Part shown: piece after piece, positions 14,897-20,765 of the stretch
Numbering within the stretch: position 1 is the stretch's first letter
How the letters are laid out: each line of letters begins with the position of its first letter
Source: Planctomycetota bacterium
GTDB taxonomy: Bacteria; Planctomycetota; UBA1135; UBA2386
Assembly (NCBI GenBank): GCA_020848735.1
Contig: JADLHO010000209.1
Location: 6,086 to 30,085, forward strand
Reading direction: 5' to 3'
Length of the DNA stretch: 24,000 bases
Program-made: the position numbers and the translations under genes
The notes under the pieces: generated by a model
What the model saw: the letters and a program-made list of their open reading frames with translations, nothing else
Databases searched by the model: none
Told to the model about the DNA's origin: nothing

Positions 14897-16120
14897 TCAG
14901 CCCTTGACGCAGATGACCTGCTTGAGAGTGGCGACGACCTCCACGAGGTCCTTCTGCGCCTCCATCACCAGGTCGATGTCCTTGTAGGCCCCCGGCGTCT
15001 CGTCGATCACCTCGGCATCCTTGCGGCACTCCACGCCCGCGGTCGCGCGGGCGTGATCCTCGAGGGAGAAGCGGCGCTTCGCCTCGCCACGCGACATCGC
15101 CCGCCCGGCACCGTGGCTGCACGAGTGGAAGCTCTCCGGGTTGCCCTTGCCGCGCACGATGTAGCTGCGGGCGCCCATCGAGCCCGGGATGATGCCGAGC
15201 ACGCCTTCGCCGGCGTGGACCGCACCCTTGCGCGTGACCCAGATCTCCTCGCCGTAGTGCGTCTCGCGCTGCACGTAGTTGTGGTGACAGTTCACGGCCA
15301 GCGTCTCGGCCTCGAAGGGCGGCAGTCGACCGGAGCCGCGCAGCGCGCGGAGGATCTGCGCCATCATCAGCTCGCGGTTCGTGCGCGCGAAGTCCTGTGC
15401 CCAGCCGACGGCGAACACGTATTCGTCGAAGTGCGCGGCACCCTCCTCGAAGTAGGCGAGGTCCTTGTCGGGGAGATCGGCGACGTGGCGGCGCATGTCG
15501 CGCCTGGCCAGTTCGATGAAGTACGTGCCGATGCGATTGCCCACGCCGCGCGAACCCGAGTGGAGCATGATCCAGACGCCGTCGGTCTCGTCGATGCAGA
15601 TCTCGATGAAGTGGTTGCCGGTGCCGAGCGTGCCGAGCTGGCCGACGTGACGACCGCGGTCGAGCTTGCCGTGACGGCCGACGATCCGCTCGTAGCCGGG
15701 GCGCAGCCGTTCCCACTCGGTCTCGTTGCGCGCCGGGATGCGGTCGCTCCACGCGCCACGGTCGTAGCGCCCGCCGTTGTCGCTGCGGCCGTGGGGGACG
15801 GCGATCTCGATCGCCGCCCGCAGCGGCCCGAGTTCGTCGGGAAGCTGGTCGGCGCGGAGCGAGGTGCGCAGCGCCATCATCCCGCAGCCGATGTCGACGC
15901 CGACCGCGGCCGGGATGATCGCGCGCTGGGTCGGGATCACGCTGCCGACCGTGGCGCCGATGCCCCAGTGCACGTCGGGCATCGCCGCGACCCAGGGGCC
16001 GACGATCGGCAGGGAGGCGACGTTGCGGAGCTGTTGGAGCGCGGCGGCTTCGAGCGGAACGCCGCGGACCCAGGCCTTGATCGGGACGTGGTCGGTCTGG
16101 ATGCGTTCGTAGGCGGACAT
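14897..16120 (-). CDS. rtcB: RNA-splicing ligase RtcB (3'-phosphate/5'-hydroxyl RNA ligase)
   Basis: 407 aa starting MSAYERIQTDHVPIKAW. RtcB hallmarks are MPDVHWG, DIGCGM, GTGNHFIE, HSGSRG, NCHHNY and SCSHGAGR. GAGG lies about 10 nt upstream of the ATG. The rest of tracked ORF 14897..17281 runs antisense into rtcR and is discounted. Confidence 0.95.
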   Translation of the reverse strand: MSAYERIQTDHVPIKAWVRGVPLEAAALQQLRNVASLPIVGPWVAAMPDVHWGIGATVGSVIPTQRAIIPAAVGVDIGCGMMALRTSLRADQLPDELGPLRAAIEIAVPHGRSDNGGRYDRGAWSDRIPARNETEWERLRPGYERIVGRHGKLDRGRHVGQLGTLGTGNHFIEICIDETDGVWIMLHSGSRGVGNRIGTYFIELARRDMRRHVADLPDKDLAYFEEGAAHFDEYVFAVGWAQDFARTNRELMMAQILRALRGSGRLPPFEAETLAVNCHHNYVQRETHYGEEIWVTRKGAVHAGEGVLGIIPGSMGARSYIVRGKGNPESFHSCSHGAGRAMSRGEAKRRFSLEDHARATAGVECRKDAEVIDETPGAYKDIDLVMEAQKDLVEVVATLKQVICVKG

Positions 16121-16223
16121 GGTGGCAGGACCTCGTGAGGCGTCTGATCGTGACGATTCGGATCGTGAGGAGCGGGCCGTCGCCGGGACAGGGCGTTCAC
16201 CGCGCGCTCCGCACGGCGCCGGG

Positions 16224-16239
16224 AGCACGCCGCGTGCCG
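16224..16239 (-). promoter_or_regulatory. Candidate sigma54 (-24/-12) promoter for rtcBA
   Basis: The minus-strand sequence is CGGCACGCGGCGTGCT, against consensus TGGCACG-N4-TTGCW. GG and GC have the correct 10-nt spacing. The site lies about 100 nt upstream of the rtcB ATG and is adjacent to the sigma54 activator gene rtcR. Confidence 0.5.
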
Positions 16240-16366
16240 TGGCGCACCCGCGGTCGGCGGATTGCCACAACGACTCTTCTCCCAGGGGCTTGCGGCGGAT
16301 GACGCCGGATGCGTGCCCGGGCTGGGGGCGCCAGGTCCTTATCCATGGAGATAGGATCCTAGCGCA

Positions 16367-18067
16367 ATGGATCAGAGCCGTCGCAGAGTCGTCTTCGGTT
16401 TCCTCGGCACGACGCTCGACGCGCAGCCGCCGTCCGAGCGCTGGAACCGCTGGCGACCCACGATCGGCCTCTGTCAGCAGGAGGACCTCCTCGTGCACCG
16501 CCTCGAGCTCTGGCACGAACCGCGCTTCGCGCGCCTGCTCGGGGTCGTCACGCGCGACCTCGCCTCGGTCGCTCCGGAGACCGAGCTGCGCGCGCAACCG
16601 CTCCCGTTGCGCGACCCCTGGGACTTCCAGGAGGTGTACGAGCGGCTGCACGCGTTCGCGCGCGCGTATCCCTTCGACACCGAGCGCGAGGAGTACCTCG
16701 TGCACGTGACCACGGGGACCCATGTGGCGCAGATCTGCCTCTTCCTCCTCACCGAGACCCGGCACTTCCCCGCACGCCTCGTGCAGACCACGCCGCCGAA
16801 GCCGAACGCGAAGAGCAAGGCCGGCGGCTACCAGATCGTCGATCTCGACCTCTCGCGCTACGACGCACTCGCGCGGCGCTTCGAACGCGAGCACGTCGAC
16901 GCCGTTGCCTTCCTCAAGTCGGGAATCGCAACGCGCAACGCCGCGTTCAACGCGCAGATGGACCTCATCGAGCGGGTCGCGATGGTCTCGCGCGAGCCCA
17001 TCCTGCTGATGGGGCCGACGGGGGCCGGCAAGTCGCAGCTCGCCCGGCGCGTGCACGAGCTGAAGCAGCAGCGTCACCAGCTGGGCGGCGCCTTCGTCGA
17101 GGTGAACTGTGCGACCCTGCGCGGCGATGGCGCCGCGTCGGCCCTGTTCGGCCACTGCAAGGGCGCCTTCACCGGGGCGGTGGCCTCGCGCGAGGGCCTG
17201 CTCCGCCGCGCGGACCAGGGCCTGCTCTTCCTCGACGAGATCGGCGAGCTTGGGCCGGACGAGCAGGCCATGCTCCTGCACGCTCTCGAGGAGAAGCGAT
17301 TCCTCCCGGTCGGTGCCGATGTGGAGCTGCGCAGCGAGTTCCAGCTCATCGCCGGGACGAACCGCGACCTCCGGCGCGAGGTCGCGCTCGGCCGCTTCCG
17401 CGCCGACCTGCTCGCGCGCATCGACCTCTGGACCTTCGAACTCGCGGGTCTGCGCGACCGACCCGAGGACATCGAGCCGAACCTCGAGTACGAGCTCGAG
17501 CGCTTCGCGGCGCGGCAGGGCCGACGCGTCACGTTCAACCGCGAGGCGCGCGACCGCTACCTCGCGTTCGCCCGGTCGGACGAGGCGCGCTGGACCGGCA
17601 ACTTCCGCGACCTCAATGCGAGCGTGACGCGCATGGCCACGCTGGCACAGGGCGGTCGCATCGCCGTCGAGGACGTGGAGGAGGAACTGGTGCGCCTGCG
17701 CCGCGCCTGGCGTCTCGAGGACGCGAGCGGGGACGCGTCGGCGGCCGACACCACCCGGTCGGCGGACTCCGGCGATGCGCTGCTGGTCGAACTGCTCGGT
17801 CGCGAGCGGGTGGCCGGTCTCGATCGCTTCGATCGCGTGCAGCTCGCGGAGGTCGTGCGCGTCTGCCGTGGGGCGCGCTCGCTCAGCGAAGCCGGACGCG
17901 CGCTGTTCGCCGTCTCGCTCGGCCTGCGCCGCACGAGCAACGACGCCGATCGACTGCGGAAGTACCTCGCGCGCTTCGAGCTCGAGTTCGCGACCATCCG
18001 CGAGCGCGGACCGGCGCGCCCGGAACTCAGAGGTCGTACCGCGTCACGAGCCCGGACCCCACGTTGA
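16367..18067 (+). CDS. rtcR: Sigma54-dependent transcriptional activator RtcR (N-terminal CARF-type sensor, AAA+ domain, C-terminal HTH region)
   Basis: The N-terminus RRVVFGFLGTTLD resembles E. coli RtcR (VAFGFVGTVLD). It has Walker A GPTGAGKS, the GAFTGA sigma54-contact motif and Walker B LFLDEIGEL. It is divergent from rtcBA. AGGA lies 10 nt upstream of the ATG. Confidence 0.9.
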   Translation: MDQSRRRVVFGFLGTTLDAQPPSERWNRWRPTIGLCQQEDLLVHRLELWHEPRFARLLGVVTRDLASVAPETELRAQPLPLRDPWDFQEVYERLHAFARAYPFDTEREEYLVHVTTGTHVAQICLFLLTETRHFPARLVQTTPPKPNAKSKAGGYQIVDLDLSRYDALARRFEREHVDAVAFLKSGIATRNAAFNAQMDLIERVAMVSREPILLMGPTGAGKSQLARRVHELKQQRHQLGGAFVEVNCATLRGDGAASALFGHCKGAFTGAVASREGLLRRADQGLLFLDEIGELGPDEQAMLLHALEEKRFLPVGADVELRSEFQLIAGTNRDLRREVALGRFRADLLARIDLWTFELAGLRDRPEDIEPNLEYELERFAARQGRRVTFNREARDRYLAFARSDEARWTGNFRDLNASVTRMATLAQGGRIAVEDVEEELVRLRRAWRLEDASGDASAADTTRSADSGDALLVELLGRERVAGLDRFDRVQLAEVVRVCRGARSLSEAGRALFAVSLGLRRTSNDADRLRKYLARFELEFATIRERGPARPELRGRTASRARTPR

Positions 18068-19130
18068 CGATGCCGGTCGCCTGATGCGAGCCCAGGAAGG
18101 CGACGCGACTGACTCCCGGGTTCGGCGAGGGGGCGATGAGCTGCCGCGCCATGCCATTCGAGGTGACGACGCCGAACGGGTTGGCCGCGGCATCGAAGGC
18201 CACGACGTGGTGGAAGAACGCGAGGCCGTGGTGCGAGGGTGCGAGCGGCAGGTTCATCTCCGGCGGGAAGAAGATGCCGGAGGCGTTGCTGTTGCCGGCG
18301 ATCGTCGTGAAGAGCTCGTTCTGGACGAAGCAGCGGCCCGAGCTCCCGCTCTCGGAGCCCGGGATCGCGAGCGGCAGGGGCAGGCCGGCCCACTGCGAGC
18401 TCGAGAAGCCGAGCGCGACCAGGCAGAGCGCGTTCGCCGGGGCCTGCGTGGCGCCGAATCCGATCCGCAGGTTGCCGTTCGGCCAATCCACCGTCAGCGT
18501 GCCGGACGCCGTCATGGGGCTCGTCCGTCCGGTGGCGATGCAGCCCGACCCGAAGCCGAGGATCGCGGGCATGGGGTTGGCGCCGGAGCTCGTGGGGTCG
18601 ATGGCGTCGAAGCTGACCTGGCTGCTGTTGCTCCGCCCGTAGATCTTCATCTCCCAGCAGATCGCGCCGTTGACGGTGAACGGCGCGTCGAAGGGGATCT
18701 GGTAGTCGAAGGGCAGCGGCAGCGAGCGCGATGCGGGACGGCTCGGGAAGCTGAGGATGCGCCGCGCGACGACCAGCGCGCCGGAGCGGCCATGGTTGGC
18801 GCTGAACGTCGGGCTCGGATTGGCGGCGCTGGCGTTCGGCGACGAGACGCCCAGGTCGAGCTCGACCCGGAAGACCGGGTAGCTGTTCGAATCGGCGTTG
18901 CCGCGGAACGCGATCCCGCGGATCGCCAGCGGCCGCTGCGGGAGCGCCTCGTCGATCTGCAGGTAGCGGACGAGCGGCGAGTTGGAGCCGAGCGGGTTGT
19001 CGTTGGCGCTGTTCGACTCCGCGGTCGCGAACTGCGGTGGACTGACGACGAAGTTCTGCGCGGCGAGTCCCGCGCCGCAGCCCAGTGCGGCGGCGGCGAG
19101 GAGGAAGGTCGGGAGGGGGCTTGGCTTCAT
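18027..19130 (-). CDS. Secreted hypothetical protein (367 aa). Its C-terminal roughly 140 aa are related to the C-terminal domain of the FG-GAP protein.
   Basis: Signal peptide MKPSPLPTFLLAAAALGCGAGLAA/QN. GAGGAC lies 4 nt upstream of the ATG. The protein is Ser/Asn/Gly/Pro-rich, like a secreted beta-rich protein. The GFGSGC...LPLPL..GRC...FDAAANPFGVVTSNG pattern is shared with the protein encoded at 20766-21179. Confidence 0.7.
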   Translation of the reverse strand: MKPSPLPTFLLAAAALGCGAGLAAQNFVVSPPQFATAESNSANDNPLGSNSPLVRYLQIDEALPQRPLAIRGIAFRGNADSNSYPVFRVELDLGVSSPNASAANPSPTFSANHGRSGALVVARRILSFPSRPASRSLPLPFDYQIPFDAPFTVNGAICWEMKIYGRSNSSQVSFDAIDPTSSGANPMPAILGFGSGCIATGRTSPMTASGTLTVDWPNGNLRIGFGATQAPANALCLVALGFSSSQWAGLPLPLAIPGSESGSSGRCFVQNELFTTIAGNSNASGIFFPPEMNLPLAPSHHGLAFFHHVVAFDAAANPFGVVTSNGMARQLIAPSPNPGVSRVAFLGSHQATGIVNVGSGLVTRYDL

Positions 19131-19131
19131 G

Positions 19132-19157
19132 GCGTCCTCGGTTTGCAGCGAGGACGC
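19132..19157 (-). promoter_or_regulatory. Perfect 9-bp hairpin that sequesters the Shine-Dalgarno of the 367-aa gene. It may also act as a terminator or attenuator after the hydrolase gene.
   Basis: On the plus strand, GCGTCCTCG (19132-19140), loop GTTTGCAG, CGAGGACGC (19149-19157). On the mRNA, the 3' arm CGAGGACGC contains GAGGA and ends 1 nt before the ATG (19130). A third copy, GAGGACGC (mRNA sense, 19196-19189), overlaps the hydrolase stop codon. Confidence 0.4.
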
Positions 19158-19194
19158 AAGCGCAGGGTCGCGGCCGACAGGATTCTTCGCGTCC

Positions 19195-20730
19195 TCAGGT
19201 CCCCTGCCGGCGGAACTCGAGTGCGGCGAAGTCGAAGTCCTCGATGGGGCAGTCGATGCGGAAGCCCTCGACCCTGCCCTCGACGTCGAGGGAGAAGCGG
19301 ATCAGCGCAAAGGGCAGGAAGCGGTCGGGGAACTCGACGCGGAAGACGTCGCGGTGCCAGTGCGAGAGCTTGCCGCTCAGGGTCGGCATCGAGGGCAGCA
19401 CGGCCAGCGTGAGCTGCTCGCCATCGAAGCCGATCTCCGCCGCACCGAGCGCCGCGTCGACATAGCGCCCCGTGAACTGCTCCAGCGGCAGCGACGGCGT
19501 CGTCCCCGGCTGCCGCGCGGCCTCTCGCTGCTGGCGCGCCGTCGCGGCCTGGGCCTTCCGCGCGGCCGCGAGTCCGGCGAAGCGGTCGAGGAGCGCCATC
19601 CCGTCCTCGCCCTTGCGCTGGGCCAGGATCGCGCGTCGCAGCGCGAGGTTGACGACGCCATCCATGCCGTTGTTGAGGATCACCAGGCCGAAGCGATCGG
19701 CGGGCAGCAGCGTGACCTTGCTGATGAAGCCCGGCATGCCGCCGTCGTGCTCGACGAGCTTCTTGCCGTCCTGCAGCGAGAGGAACCAGCCGAGCCCATA
19801 GCTCGCGAAGTCCTCGAGTGCGGCCGGCGTGCGCCCGCCGCCCATCCAGGTGTGCGGCTTCAGACACTCGTGGATCACCGCGAGCGGCAGGATCTCGCGG
19901 CCCTCGTGACGGCCCTCGTCGAGCAGCATGCGCACCCAGGCCGAGAGGTCGTGCACCGAGGACCAGATCGCGCCCGCGGGCTTCGCGGCGCGGAACGCGA
20001 AGGGCGCGATGCGCGTGCCCTCGACGTGCGGCTGGGCCGGCGCCGCATCGGCAGGCAGGAGCGAGTGGTCCGCGGCCGTGCCGCTCATGCCGAGGGGTGT
20101 GAAGAACTCGTCGCGGACGAACTCGGTCCAGGGCCGACCGCTGACGCGTTCGACGATCATCCCGGCCGCGAGGTACATCACGTTCGAATAGCCGAACTCC
20201 TCGCGGAAGCGGCGGTTGATCGGCAGCTTCGCGAGCCGTGCCAGGACCTGCGCGTCGTCGTATTCCGTGCCGTACCAGAGCAGGTCGCCATCGAAGGTCT
20301 TGAGCCCGCAGCGGTGGCAGAGGAGATCGCGCACGGTCATCGCCGCGGTGATCCACGGGTCGGCCATGCGGAACTCCGGCAGCAGGTCGACGACGCGGTC
20401 GTCCCAGCGGATGCGTCCGCTCGCGACGAGCTTGCCGATGCAGGCCGCGGTGAAGGCCTTGCTGCACGAGGCGATGTTGAACGGCGTGCCCGGCAGGACC
20501 GGTTCACCGCTGCCGACCGCGCGCTCGCCGAGTCCGAGCTCGAGCACGAGCTCGCCGTCCTCGATGACGGCGAGCGCGAGCCCGATCGGCTGGAAGCGCT
20601 CGAAGGCGTGCTCGGCGAGCTTGCGGTACTCCTCGACGCGAGGGCTCGCGGCGGCGGACTGGGCCGGCGCGAGTCCGGCGAGGGCGAGTGCCGCGCAGGC
20701 GGCACGACGGACAGGAGCTTGGGTCGACAT
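19195..20730 (-). CDS. Secreted serine hydrolase of the beta-lactamase/PBP (class C-like) family, with a C-terminal extension domain
   Basis: Signal MSTQAPVRRAACAALALAGLAPAQS. SxxK motif in FNIASCSKAF. YxN motif in FGYSNVMY. HxG motif in EHDGGMPGF. About 110 extra C-terminal residues (...FRVEFPDRFLPFALIRFSLDVEGRVEGFRI...) resemble the small beta domain often appended to these hydrolases. Confidence 0.9.
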   Translation of the reverse strand: MSTQAPVRRAACAALALAGLAPAQSAAASPRVEEYRKLAEHAFERFQPIGLALAVIEDGELVLELGLGERAVGSGEPVLPGTPFNIASCSKAFTAACIGKLVASGRIRWDDRVVDLLPEFRMADPWITAAMTVRDLLCHRCGLKTFDGDLLWYGTEYDDAQVLARLAKLPINRRFREEFGYSNVMYLAAGMIVERVSGRPWTEFVRDEFFTPLGMSGTAADHSLLPADAAPAQPHVEGTRIAPFAFRAAKPAGAIWSSVHDLSAWVRMLLDEGRHEGREILPLAVIHECLKPHTWMGGGRTPAALEDFASYGLGWFLSLQDGKKLVEHDGGMPGFISKVTLLPADRFGLVILNNGMDGVVNLALRRAILAQRKGEDGMALLDRFAGLAAARKAQAATARQQREAARQPGTTPSLPLEQFTGRYVDAALGAAEIGFDGEQLTLAVLPSMPTLSGKLSHWHRDVFRVEFPDRFLPFALIRFSLDVEGRVEGFRIDCPIEDFDFAALEFRRQGT

Positions 20731-20765
20731 CGGGCGCGGATGCTATAGCCCGCCGCCGCCGCCCT

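Noticed and set aside
16345-16362. Five-codon mini-ORF (ATG GAG ATA GGA TCC TAG) just upstream of rtcR
   Set aside because: It is too short, and it coincides with the probable rtcR ribosome-binding region (AGGA) and two small palindromes. Nothing indicates that it is translated.
16121-17281. Extension of the rtcB ORF (14897..17281, minus strand) upstream of MSAYERIQ. Similarly, extension of rtcA (to 15752).
   Set aside because: RtcB and RtcA homology begins at the internal Met codons (16120 and 14894). The extensions run antisense through rtcR or out of frame through rtcB and are compositionally biased.
10072-20748. Other long shadow ORFs: 10072..11988(-), 10419..11282(+), 12226..13680(-), 12936..14987(+), 14870..16138(+), 17557..18486(-), 17775..19412(+), 18982..20748(+), 19127..20467(-)
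   Set aside because: Each overlaps a gene with clear catalytic or family motifs (kinase, RtcA, RtcB, RtcR, serine hydrolase) or a clear signal peptide. Each shows the Arg/Ala/Gly/Asp/Glu-rich composition of non-coding frames in high-GC DNA.
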